Assembly: GCA_028711165.1 (NCBI GenBank)
Contig: JAQTST010000001.1
Coordinates: 300,520-364,519, forward strand
Source: Candidatus Nanoarchaeia archaeon
Lineage (GTDB): Archaea > Nanobdellota > Nanobdellia > Pacearchaeales > GW2011-AR1
Direction of reading: 5' to 3'
Length of the DNA stretch: 64,000 nucleotides
Under the pieces are notes generated by a model, which saw only the letters and a list, made by a program, of their open reading frames with translations, searched no databases and was not told the origin of the DNA. A program made the position numbers and the translations under genes. Below are positions 8,122 to 16,115 of the stretch, piece after piece; position 1 is the first letter of the stretch; every line of letters starts with the position of its first letter.

Positions 8122-9477
8122 ATGTTAACTCCAAAGAAAAATGAAGTAAGAAAACCTACGAAGACGATTTCAGGAATCACGCCTGTAGCAGTTATGCTGC
8201 CGCCTCGTGCGTGCGAACATGGAACCTGTCTTTATTGTCCGTCGCTGGATGTTCCCCAAAGCTACACTCCGAAATCTCCTGTTGTTATGAGAGCAAGCGA
8301 AGTTGGATATGATTCTTACAAACAAGTTTTAGCGAGGATAAAAGCATTTGAAGTTATGAACCATCCGACGGAGAAAGTTGAATTAATAATTATGGGCGGG
8401 ACTTTTCTTGAATATCCCAAGAAATTCCAGTATGATTTTGTCAAAAAATGCTATGACGCTTTGAATGGGAAAATTTCCAAGACTTTGAATGAAGCTCAAA
8501 AATTAAACGAAAAAGCAAGGCACAGATGTGTTGCTCTCTGCGTTGAAACCCGTCCAGATGAATGCATTAAATACATTAAGCAAATGCGGGATTTTGGAGT
8601 CACAAGAGTTGAGCTTGGTGTTCAAATGCCCGACGATAAAATTTACAAAATAATAAAACGGGGACATAAAGTTAAAGATGTTGTCGACGCGACGAGAGAA
8701 TTAAAAAATGCAGGATTCAAAGTTGGTTATCATATTATGCCCGGACTTCCTGGAAGCAATCCTAAAAAAGATTTGCAATTATTCAAAAAACTTTTTTCCG
8801 ACGAGAAATTCAAGCCAGACCAGCTGAAAATTTATCCGTGCCAGGTTATCAGAGGAAGCAAACTTGAAGATGAATACTGGAAGAAAAAATACAAACCTTA
8901 CACGAAAGAGCAGACTGAAAAATTGCTGACAGAAATGATGAAAGTTGTTCCGAGATATTGCAGAGTTATGAGGGTGATGAGAGAAATTCCTCCCGATTAT
9001 TTAGTTGCTGGTACGACGAGAATTGATCTAAGAAAAGATGTTGAAGAAAAACTTCGACGGGAAAATAAGAAAATTGTTGAAATAAGATTCAGGGAAATTG
9101 GTTTTGCTGGAAAAGGAACTGATAATAATTTAAAATTAAAAATCACAAAATACAAAGCTTCTGGTAGTGATGAATATTTTTTGGAAATTGTAAATGACGA
9201 TGATATTTTATTTGGATTGCTGAGATTGAGAATTGTTGGAACAAGAGCGTTAGTAAGAGAACTTCATGTTTATGGGCAGAGTTTGAAACTCGGAGATGAA
9301 GGAAAAGTAAGTCAGCACATAGGGTTAGGAAAATGGCTGATGAAAGAAGCAGAGAAAATTGCAGAAAAAAATAAATGCAAAAAGATTTTAGTTATCTCAG
9401 GAATTGGCGTCAGAGAATATTACAGAAAACTTGGCTACGACTTAGAAGACAGTTATATGATTAAAATAATCCGATAG
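8122..9477 (+). CDS. elp3: Elp3-type radical SAM/GNAT tRNA uridine(34) acetyltransferase
   Basis: Radical SAM Cys cluster (CEHGTCLYCP), an Elp3 core, and a C-terminal GNAT region (HIGLGKWLMKEAEKIA). Confidence 0.85.
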   Translation: MLTPKKNEVRKPTKTISGITPVAVMLPPRACEHGTCLYCPSLDVPQSYTPKSPVVMRASEVGYDSYKQVLARIKAFEVMNHPTEKVELIIMGGTFLEYPKKFQYDFVKKCYDALNGKISKTLNEAQKLNEKARHRCVALCVETRPDECIKYIKQMRDFGVTRVELGVQMPDDKIYKIIKRGHKVKDVVDATRELKNAGFKVGYHIMPGLPGSNPKKDLQLFKKLFSDEKFKPDQLKIYPCQVIRGSKLEDEYWKKKYKPYTKEQTEKLLTEMMKVVPRYCRVMRVMREIPPDYLVAGTTRIDLRKDVEEKLRRENKKIVEIRFREIGFAGKGTDNNLKLKITKYKASGSDEYFLEIVNDDDILFGLLRLRIVGTRALVRELHVYGQSLKLGDEGKVSQHIGLGKWLMKEAEKIAEKNKCKKILVISGIGVREYYRKLGYDLEDSYMIKIIR

Positions 9478-9507
9478 TCTTATAAAATATATTTTATTAT
9501 ATCTATT

Positions 9508-9852
9508 ATGAAAAAGAATGGTGATTCTAAAAAAGATGATGACAAAATTTTATTTGCATGGCTGGCGACTTTCTTGTCTCTGGTTGGTTTTGTAATTGCA
9601 ATAATTGCGAGAAGAAAAGATAAGTATGTAATGTATTATGCAAAACAAAGCATTGTTATTTTTATTGCTGGTGCTATCGGTGGAGTTATTGGAAATGTTC
9701 TGAATATAATTCCTCTCATGGGAACACTGGTTAATGCTGCTATTGGAGTATTAATGGTAATTGTCTGGGTAGTCTCGTGGGTTTATGCTCTGAGCGGAAG
9801 AGAAAAAAAGATTTCGATTATTTCTGACTGGGCTAAGAAAATTAGGTTATAA
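9508..9852 (+). CDS. Membrane protein, DUF4870-like
   Basis: 3-4 TM helices with a YAKQS motif; family recalled from memory. Confidence 0.5.
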   Translation: MKKNGDSKKDDDKILFAWLATFLSLVGFVIAIIARRKDKYVMYYAKQSIVIFIAGAIGGVIGNVLNIIPLMGTLVNAAIGVLMVIVWVVSWVYALSGREKKISIISDWAKKIRL

Positions 9853-9853
9853 A

Positions 9854-9992
9854 TGCCCCGTCCGGGATTCGAACCCGGGTTTCAGCCTTTCTTTATTCAT
9901 TTTACTTGAAGTCAAAGTTCTACGAACTTTTCATTCAAACTCGCTACGCTCATTTGAAAGGGCTGTGTCCTTGGCCTCTAGACTAACGGGGC
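9854..9992 (-). tRNA. tRNA-Glu(UUC) with ~65-nt intron at the anticodon loop (37/38)
   Basis: Hand-folded from the reverse complement: acceptor GCCCCGT/ACGGGGC, D stem GTCT/GGAC, anticodon stem CAGCC/GGCTG, loop CTTTCAA, T arm CCGGG-TTCGAAT-CCCGG, discriminator A. The intron sits between the loop and the 3' stem half. Confidence 0.85.
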
Positions 9993-10034
9993 GTAAATAA
10001 AAAAGAGAAAAATAGTTTTTAAAGCTTTATTTGT

Positions 10035-10055
10035 AATTTGAGTCCTGCCTGATAG
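10035..10055 (+). repeat. Degenerate copy of the intergenic repeat core (AATTTGaGTCctGCCTGATAg)
   Basis: 18 of 21 matches to the core found at 11211, 16727, 16785 and 19561. It lies directly upstream of the sigma gene's TATA-like box. Confidence 0.5.
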
Positions 10056-10056
10056 T

Positions 10057-10064
10057 TTTTTAAA
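10057..10064 (+). promoter_or_regulatory. TATA-like box (TTTTTAAA) 27-29 nt upstream of ATG 10086 of the sigma-like gene
   Basis: Archaeal-type promoter geometry in front of a bacterial-type gene. Confidence 0.4.
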
Positions 10065-10076
10065 TCCTATTTTTAT

Positions 10077-10910
10077 GTGTTTTCTATGATAAAAAATAAT
10101 AACCATGAAATACTTTCAATTTATCTTAAAGAGATAGATCGATATAAATTATTAGACAGAGACGAAGAAAAGAGTTATGCAATCAGAGCAAAAAACGGCG
10201 ATAAAGATGCAAGGAAAAAATTAATTGAAAGTAATCTCCGTTTTGTTGTCAGTGTTGCAAAAAAATTTCAGGGGAATGGTTTGCCTTTGGAGGATTTAAT
10301 TTCAGAAGGAAATATTGGACTTATGGATTCTATTAAAAAATATGAACCTGGAAAAGGATATCATTTTGTAACTTATGCTGTCTGGTGGATAAGACAAAAA
10401 ATTCTGAAAGCAATTATAGAACAACCGAAAACCGTGAGAGTTCCTGTTAACAAAAGAGTTTCAATAAAAAAAATAAATAGGACTTATGATGCTCTTGTAA
10501 ATGCTCATAATAAAACACCGACGATGGAAGAAATTGCTGAAGCAGTTGGAATTCCTTACGAGCAGTTCAGAGAGATTGAAGAATTAGACCAAATTAGTTC
10601 TTTAGATGCTTATGAAAAAGAGCCTCCTCTTTCCAGTTTAAACGGCTGTGATTATAAATCTCCCGACGAAGAGGCTACAGATAATGTTCTTGGAGAAGAA
10701 ATTAAATCTGCTTTTGAACATGCTCATTTAAGCGATAAAGAAAAAATAATTTTAGAACAGAGATTTGGACTTAATGGGAAAGGCGAACATGCTCTTGCAG
10801 AGATTGGCTTGAAATTTAATTTAACCAAAGAGAGAATAAGACAAATTGAGAAGAAGGCAATAGACAGATTGAAAGATGATTCTTATATGAATAAATTAGT
10901 TTCTAACTGA
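10077..10910 (+). CDS. Bacterial-type sigma-70 family factor (regions 2, 3 and 4 present)
   Basis: Region 2: LIESNLRFVVSVAKKF...EDLISEGNIGLMDSIKKYEPGKGYHFVTYAVWWIRQKI. A region 3-like segment is present. Region 4.2 HTH: LAEIGLKFNLTKERIRQIEKKAIDRLK. The track start is a GTG at 10077; the ATG at 10086 is the more likely start. Confidence 0.85.
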   Translation: MFSMIKNNNHEILSIYLKEIDRYKLLDRDEEKSYAIRAKNGDKDARKKLIESNLRFVVSVAKKFQGNGLPLEDLISEGNIGLMDSIKKYEPGKGYHFVTYAVWWIRQKILKAIIEQPKTVRVPVNKRVSIKKINRTYDALVNAHNKTPTMEEIAEAVGIPYEQFREIEELDQISSLDAYEKEPPLSSLNGCDYKSPDEEATDNVLGEEIKSAFEHAHLSDKEKIILEQRFGLNGKGEHALAEIGLKFNLTKERIRQIEKKAIDRLKDDSYMNKLVSN

Positions 10911-10956
10911 TTTAATAAGAAATTTTAAATATGCTAATTCAATGATAAATTGATAC

Positions 10957-10970
10957 GAGCCTATAGCTCA
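10957..10970 (+). repeat. 14-nt duplicate of the 5' end of tRNA-Ile (GAGCCTATAGCTCA)
   Basis: Identical to 11048..11061. The sequence after it does not complete a D arm. Confidence 0.8.
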
Positions 10971-11047
10971 CCGGGTTTCTTTAGAAAAGAAACTACGCTG
11001 GTAGAAATGCTTAAAATGCATTCATTCGCTATAGACTTTACAAACAG

Positions 11048-11170
11048 GAGCCTATAGCTCAGCCAGGTTAGAGCACCGCTCTTATAAGAGCTTGTTCCGT
11101 TAGGGACATGTTTTCAAGGTTAACAAACTAAGAAAGGCGGGGGTCCACAGTTCAAATCTGTGTAGGCTCA
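11048..11170 (+). tRNA. tRNA-Ile(UAU) with ~48-nt intron at the anticodon loop
   Basis: Hand-folded: acceptor GAGCCTA/TAGGCTC, D stem GCTC/GAGC, anticodon stem CCGCT/GGCGG (one U-G pair), loop CTTATAA (U33, anticodon TAT, A37), T arm CACAG-TTCAAAT-CTGTG, discriminator A. Confidence 0.8.
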
Positions 11171-11184
11171 TAAAGAAAACCCCT

Positions 11185-11232
11185 GTTTTTCTTTATCAAT
11201 CTATCCTCTGAATTTGGGTCACGCCTGATAAG
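11185..11232 (+). repeat. Intergenic repeat copy (GTTTTTCTTTATCAA...AATTTGGGTCACGCCTGATAAG)
   Basis: About 90% identical over ~48 nt to 19536..19583. It ends 5 nt before the ychF-like TATA box. Confidence 0.85.
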
Positions 11233-11266
11233 AATAATTTAAATAATCTTTTTTTGAATTAATGAT

Positions 11267-12454
11267 ATGTTAATTGGACTTGTGGGAAAACCTTCGGTTG
11301 GGAAAAGCACGTTTTTCAAAGCAGCGACTCTCGCAGAAGTTGAGATTGCTTCTTATCCTTTCACGACGATAAAACCTAATCACGGAATTGGTTACGTCAA
11401 AGTTGACTGCATCGACAAAGAGTTTAAGACACAGTGCAATCCTAATCACGGATTTTGTCTGAATCACAAAAGATTTGTCCCTGTTGATTTGATGGATGTT
11501 GCAGGACTTGTGCCAGGAGCCAGCGAGGGAAAAGGGCTTGGAAATCAGTTTCTTGACGATTTGAGACAGGCAGATGTTTTTATCCAAATTGTAGACTGCT
11601 CAGGAACAACCGACGAGACAGGAAAACCGACAGAAAATTATGATGTGACAAAAGATGTTATTTTCCTTGAGGATGAACTTGACAAATGGTTTCTTGGAAT
11701 CCTGATGAAAGTCTGGAAAAGTTTTGCGAGAAAAATAGAAATGGACGGCGATGATTTTGCAAAGGCAGTTGTTAATCAGTTTTCAGGTTTGAAAGTCAAG
11801 GAAGAGCATGTCAAGAGAGTTTTGTCCAAACTTAATTTTTCTGCTCAGCCAAGCCGATGGAATGACAAACAGCTTTTGGAATTTGCTTCTGAACTTAGAA
11901 AACAAAGCAAGCCGATGATTATTGCTGCTAACAAAATTGATACTCCCGACGGAAAAATGAATTATGAAAAACTGAAAAAGAAATTCCCTGAAAAAATAAT
12001 TATTCCCTGCTCTGCTGATTCTGAACTTGCTTTGAGAGAAGCTGCGAAGGCTGGATTAATTAATTACATTCCAGGAGAAAGAAGTTTTGACATAAAAGGA
12101 AATCTCAATGAGAAACAGAGAAATGCCGTCGATAAAATTAAAAAAAATGTTCTTGACGAATATGAAACAGGAACAGGAATTCAGGAAATTTTGAATTATG
12201 CAGTTTTTGAATTGCTGAAATATCTTGCAATTTTTCCTGCAGGAGCAACCAAGCTCGCTGACAGCAAGGGAAATATTTTGCCCGATTGTTTTTTGCTTCC
12301 TCCGAATTCAACGGCGTTAGATTTTGCTTTTTTCCTTCACACTGATTTTGGGAAAAATTTTAACAGAGGAATCGACGCCAGAACCAAAAAAATTCTCGGA
12401 AGAGATTACAAACTGAAAAACAGAGATGCGCTGGAAATTGTGACCGGGAGATAA
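11267..12454 (+). CDS. Obg/YchF-family GTPase/ATPase (Ygr210-like) with C-terminal TGS domain
   Basis: P-loop GKPSVGKST, G3 DVAGLV, NKID, and a TGS-like C-terminus. TTTAAAT box 29 nt upstream. Confidence 0.8.
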   Translation: MLIGLVGKPSVGKSTFFKAATLAEVEIASYPFTTIKPNHGIGYVKVDCIDKEFKTQCNPNHGFCLNHKRFVPVDLMDVAGLVPGASEGKGLGNQFLDDLRQADVFIQIVDCSGTTDETGKPTENYDVTKDVIFLEDELDKWFLGILMKVWKSFARKIEMDGDDFAKAVVNQFSGLKVKEEHVKRVLSKLNFSAQPSRWNDKQLLEFASELRKQSKPMIIAANKIDTPDGKMNYEKLKKKFPEKIIIPCSADSELALREAAKAGLINYIPGERSFDIKGNLNEKQRNAVDKIKKNVLDEYETGTGIQEILNYAVFELLKYLAIFPAGATKLADSKGNILPDCFLLPPNSTALDFAFFLHTDFGKNFNRGIDARTKKILGRDYKLKNRDALEIVTGR

Positions 12455-12769
12455 TTATCTCTGCTCGCTAACTCTAAATTTCTTTTCTATCTCATTCTCT
12501 ATCTTTGCCATTGCTTTGTGAATTGCTCTTGCGAAATCATAATCCCACGAACTTGAGTTTAACATTTTTCCCGAAAAAATCACTTCTGCATTAAGGCTGT
12601 ATTTTCTGTTTTTACCGTCCTTATCATATTCTTTAATGTGCATTTTTAACCGAAAAGGATTTTTTAACAATCGCTGGATTTTTTCGTAATATTCTTCAAG
12701 GAGCTTATCGGCTATTTTTTTATCTTTTTCTGTCAGAATGTTTGTATTTACAATTTCTACATTTTCCAT
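12455..12769 (-). CDS. Possible ribosome hibernation factor-like protein (YfiA/HPF fold)
   Basis: 104 aa with a beta-alpha-beta-beta-beta-alpha-like pattern and WDYDFARAIHKAMAKIENEIEKK, which resembles the D.Y.AID...KLE.QL.K end of S30AE proteins. Judged by eye only. Confidence 0.3.
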   Translation of the reverse strand: MENVEIVNTNILTEKDKKIADKLLEEYYEKIQRLLKNPFRLKMHIKEYDKDGKNRKYSLNAEVIFSGKMLNSSSWDYDFARAIHKAMAKIENEIEKKFRVSEQR

Positions 12770-13317
12770 TTTTTAATAAAATTTATAAGTTCTTCAAACT
12801 TTTAAAATTTGTGCAGAACAAAAAGAGGATTGTGTTGAAAAAGGGAAGGTATGTGACGACGAAAAAAGGAGATTTTGTCCTCGGACTTTCCAGTAAAATA
12901 ACTAATTATCTAAAACCTTATTGCAGACGAATTCTGGTTGTAGGAAGCATAAGGCGAAAAGAAAAAAATCCCGTCGATATTGATATTGTTTTGATTCCAA
13001 AGGACAGAATAAAACTTGAAAATTTTCTGAGAAAAAAAGGACGATTCATTCAGGGCGGAGAAAAAAAATCGAGATGGAGAATTGAAGGAGTTAATGTTGA
13101 ATTGTATTACACGAATTCCGATGAATGGGGCGCTGCACTGCTTGCTTATTCCAGTGAGTTTGGAGCGGGAATTGGGCTGAGAGTTGTTGCGAAGAAAAAA
13201 GGTTTTAAGTTAAGTCAGCACGGGCTTTTCCGAGGAGCAAAGAGAGTTGCCGGGAAAACTGAAAAGGAAATTTACCATGCTCTTGGACGTCCTTACAAAA
13301 AACCTGAGAACCGATAA
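12742..13317 (+). CDS. Minimal family X (Pol beta-like) nucleotidyltransferase, palm plus thumb only
   Basis: VVGSIRRKEKNPVDIDIVLIP is the GS-motif plus DxD catalytic pair. FKLSQHGLF...TEKEIYHALGRPYKKPENR is a PolX thumb/C-terminal signature. No 8-kDa or fingers domain is present. The true start is probably downstream of 12742, which overlaps the convergent gene. Confidence 0.7.
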   Translation: MYLQFLHFPFFNKIYKFFKLLKFVQNKKRIVLKKGRYVTTKKGDFVLGLSSKITNYLKPYCRRILVVGSIRRKEKNPVDIDIVLIPKDRIKLENFLRKKGRFIQGGEKKSRWRIEGVNVELYYTNSDEWGAALLAYSSEFGAGIGLRVVAKKKGFKLSQHGLFRGAKRVAGKTEKEIYHALGRPYKKPENR

Positions 13318-13319
13318 AC

Positions 13320-13327
13320 TATAAAAA
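13320..13327 (+). promoter_or_regulatory. TATA box (TATAAAAA) 29 nt upstream of pilin-leader paralog A
   Basis: The block TATAAAAACCTGTTC..TTAATAATG is conserved with 19604 and 21037. Confidence 0.6.
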
Positions 13328-13348
13328 CCTGTTCTTATTATCTTAATA

Positions 13349-15418
13349 ATGAATAATAAAAGAGGTTTATCAACGATCATTATGACTTTGATAATAATTC
13401 TCGTCTCACTAGTTGCAGTAGGAATTTTCTGGGTTGTTGTTCAAAATTTGATTAAAGGAAGTTCAGAAAATATTGGATTTGGAAGTTTAACTTTAAACGC
13501 AGAAATTAAAGGAGTTCAGATTGATAATTCGTCGAATAATGTAAGTCTAATTGTCAAGCGAAATACAGGAGAAGGAGACATGACTGGAATCAAATTTATT
13601 TTTTACAGCGACGATAAAAACGAAATCATCGAGCAGGATATTCAACTTGAAGAACTTGAACAAAAAAGTTTCCACTTTCATTTGGCGATGAATGTTTCAC
13701 TTTTAACAAAAATTTCTATTTATCCAATTTTCCTTTCTGGCGGAAAAGAAAACGTTGGAAATATTGCAGATAGCTATGATGTCAAAACAGGGACGAGAAT
13801 TGTGATTCCACCGTCGGGATGTACGCCAACAACAAATCCATGCGGAAGCAGAATCTGCGGAAATATTGCAAACGGAACCTGCGGAAGCATCAGCTGCGGA
13901 ACCTGTTCAGTAGGAACCTGCAACGCAACAGGACAATGTGCAACAAGCTGTGTACCGACGACATGTGAAGCATTAGGACACAATTGCGGAAGCGGTTATG
14001 CTAATGGGACATGTGCAGGAACACTAACCTGTGGAAGTTATGGGGGAGGCTGTCAGTCAGGATACACTTGCGTTGGTGGAACTTGTGTCGAGGAAACCGG
14101 ATACACTTGCGGAAATAATATCGTCGAGCCTGGAGAAGCATGCGATGGGACAAATCTTTCTGGTTACACTTGTGCAACAGTTGCAGCAGGATTTGCTTCG
14201 GGAAGTTTAAGCTGCAATTCAAACTGCAGAAGTTATGTCACAACTTCATGCGTTGCAGGAGACATAATAAACGCTGCTTCATGCTCTCAGGCAAATGTTC
14301 AGTCAGCAATTAATTCTGCCAGCGACGGAGATATTGTTCAAGTTCCTGCAGGAAGCTGTACGTGGAGCAGTACTGTAACTATTAATTCAAAAAATATAAT
14401 ATTGCGCGGGGCGGGAATTGACAAGACAAATATTACTGACGGAACAGGCACGGGCTGGAATGAAAATTTAATCAATGTAAATTGTGTAGAAGGCAAACCT
14501 TTCCGTGTCACTGGATTTAGTTTTCCCTGCGTTGTTGGAGACGGTACTTATAAAATTTATGTCGCTGGAACCTGCAAAAACTGGCGTGTAGACCATTCTA
14601 AATTTGAAGCTACTGGTGCTCCGCCAAAAGCCTCTGCAGTCATACCTGATGGTTATACCTACGGAGTTATAGATCACTGTATATTTAATGATGCAAGAAA
14701 CTGGATGGATGGGGATGGCGGTAATTCGTGGACGAGACCGCTTAATTTAGGAACCTCGGAAGCAGTATATATAGAAGATAATTATTATTATCAAACTGTC
14801 TTTGGAAATGTAGTCGACTCTAGCGACGGAGCATCTTATGTATTCCGTTATAATAGAGTTAATGGAACTGCTGACGGAGGATACATAGAAGCTCATAGTG
14901 GCTGTCCAAACGGACAGAGAGCGACGTTTAAATATGAAATTTATAATAATACTCTTAATCTAAACGATGTATGGGCTCTTGCTGGATTGAGGGGAGGAAC
15001 GGGCGTTGTTTTTGATAATATTTTTACTGGTGTTTCTGTAGGCGTTCCACATATTTCAGTTGACGATGAAAGAACATGCGCCCCTTATAATGGCTGTATT
15101 GGACTTTGGTCTGGGTGGAATTCTACCTGTAATGGAACTTCTCCTTACGATGGCAATACTCCGGGCATGTTTGGTTATGCCTGCAGAGACCAGATTGGAC
15201 GTTCGACAGATTCGGGTATTTTAACACCGCAGTCACTTGAACCATTGTATGAATGGGACAATAAATATAATGGAAATGATGTAGACATTGTGATTAATCC
15301 TGTGGCGTGCGCCCTGACATCTGTTCATATTCAGGAAAACAGAGATTATTACAATGACATGGAGAGACCAAATTATGTTCCTTATGCTTATCCTCATCCT
15401 ATTGCTTTAATTAATTAG
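13349..15418 (+). CDS. Surface protein: class III (archaeal type IV pilin-like) signal peptide, conserved ~150-aa module, Cys-rich repeats, right-handed beta-helix-like domain (paralog A)
   Basis: N-terminus MNNKRG/LSTIIMTLIIILVSLVAVGIFWVVV. Cys-rich CG..CG repeats including CGNNIVEPGEACDG. Then SCSQANVQSAINSASDGDIVQVPAGSCTW followed by a beta-helix-like region. The C-terminus YPHPIALIN is shared with paralog C. Confidence 0.75.
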   Translation: MNNKRGLSTIIMTLIIILVSLVAVGIFWVVVQNLIKGSSENIGFGSLTLNAEIKGVQIDNSSNNVSLIVKRNTGEGDMTGIKFIFYSDDKNEIIEQDIQLEELEQKSFHFHLAMNVSLLTKISIYPIFLSGGKENVGNIADSYDVKTGTRIVIPPSGCTPTTNPCGSRICGNIANGTCGSISCGTCSVGTCNATGQCATSCVPTTCEALGHNCGSGYANGTCAGTLTCGSYGGGCQSGYTCVGGTCVEETGYTCGNNIVEPGEACDGTNLSGYTCATVAAGFASGSLSCNSNCRSYVTTSCVAGDIINAASCSQANVQSAINSASDGDIVQVPAGSCTWSSTVTINSKNIILRGAGIDKTNITDGTGTGWNENLINVNCVEGKPFRVTGFSFPCVVGDGTYKIYVAGTCKNWRVDHSKFEATGAPPKASAVIPDGYTYGVIDHCIFNDARNWMDGDGGNSWTRPLNLGTSEAVYIEDNYYYQTVFGNVVDSSDGASYVFRYNRVNGTADGGYIEAHSGCPNGQRATFKYEIYNNTLNLNDVWALAGLRGGTGVVFDNIFTGVSVGVPHISVDDERTCAPYNGCIGLWSGWNSTCNGTSPYDGNTPGMFGYACRDQIGRSTDSGILTPQSLEPLYEWDNKYNGNDVDIVINPVACALTSVHIQENRDYYNDMERPNYVPYAYPHPIALIN

Positions 15419-15456
15419 ACAGATAATATTTTAAATAATTCTTCTTATGTAAAATT

Positions 15457-15714
15457 ATGATAATAAAAGTTAAAGTGAAACCAAATTCTTCAAAGCAGAG
15501 CGTCGAGAGTTTTGGTGATAACAGATATTTAGTTCATGTCAAATCAGAACCAGAAAATGACAAGGCAAATATTGAAATGATAAAATTGCTCTCGAAAGAG
15601 CTTGGTGTTCCTGAAAAAAGTTTTCACATAAAATTCGGGAGAACCGGACATGAGAAAATGATAATGACAGAACTTCGTTCAGCACAAATAAAAATTCAAG
15701 GAGAATTTTCATAA
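15457..15714 (+). CDS. DUF167 (YggU-like) protein whose last 17 codons lie in a repeat element
   Basis: IKVKVKPNSSKQSVE...DKANIEMIKLLSKELGV...GRTGHEKMI fits the YggU pattern. The tail IMTELRSAQIKIQGEFS is encoded by repeat 15661..15717. Confidence 0.65.
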   Translation: MIIKVKVKPNSSKQSVESFGDNRYLVHVKSEPENDKANIEMIKLLSKELGVPEKSFHIKFGRTGHEKMIMTELRSAQIKIQGEFS

Positions 15715-15717
15715 TGA
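15661..15717 (+). repeat. Leader repeat copy A (ATAATGACAGAAC...CAGCACAAATAAAAATTCAAGGAGAATTTTCATAATGA)
   Basis: Matches 42288..42300 plus 42350..42386 almost exactly (one indel). It supplies the SD (GGAG) and ATG of the next gene. Confidence 0.85.
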
Positions 15718-16115
15718 AATACGAATTTGCCGACGATTTGCAGAAACTTGCCGAAGAAATTTCTCTGATGTTTTTTCCGCATGTTGATTTGTCGAATGTA
15801 AAATGCTACAGAAGCTACGGAACTTCGTCGAGAGGAACAATAGCGAGATGCCACGCTCTGAACAAAATAATGCAGAAAGCAATCGGAATAAAAGCAGTTT
15901 ATGTCCTTGAATTTCTTGTTGAAAGATTTGAAAAGCTCGACGACGAAGAGAAAATCAAAGTTGTAATTCACGAACTGATGCACATTCCAAAAAGTTTTGG
16001 CGGAGGATTTATACACCATGATGTTGTTACAAACAGGAATGTAAATAGATGCTATGCCGAATACAAAAAGAAAAAAGAGGAAAAAGTTGAGAAGCAAAAA
16101 ATTAATTATTGGTGA
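15714..16115 (+). CDS. Predicted zinc metallopeptidase (HExxH; SprT/COG4900-like)
   Basis: HELMHIP motif in a ~130-aa protein of the small archaeal 'predicted metallopeptidase' type. Its start overlaps the upstream stop (TAATG). Confidence 0.6.
   Translation: MKYEFADDLQKLAEEISLMFFPHVDLSNVKCYRSYGTSSRGTIARCHALNKIMQKAIGIKAVYVLEFLVERFEKLDDEEKIKVVIHELMHIPKSFGGGFIHHDVVTNRNVNRCYAEYKKKKEEKVEKQKINYW

Noticed and set aside
10957-11047. Upstream GAGCCTATAGCTCA segment as a split-tRNA 5' half or a second tRNA
   Set aside because: After the 14 matching nt the sequence cannot complete a D arm or an anticodon arm. Only small unrelated hairpins are present. It is reported only as a short duplication.
13774-14222. 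Antisense ORFs within paralogs A and C (13774..13983, 14001..14222, 21320..21703, 21721..21930) that look conserved between the loci
   Set aside because: Their apparent conservation comes from the near-identical sense-strand DNA of the two paralogs. The sense frame encodes recognisable Cys-rich repeats, while the antisense products are low-complexity.
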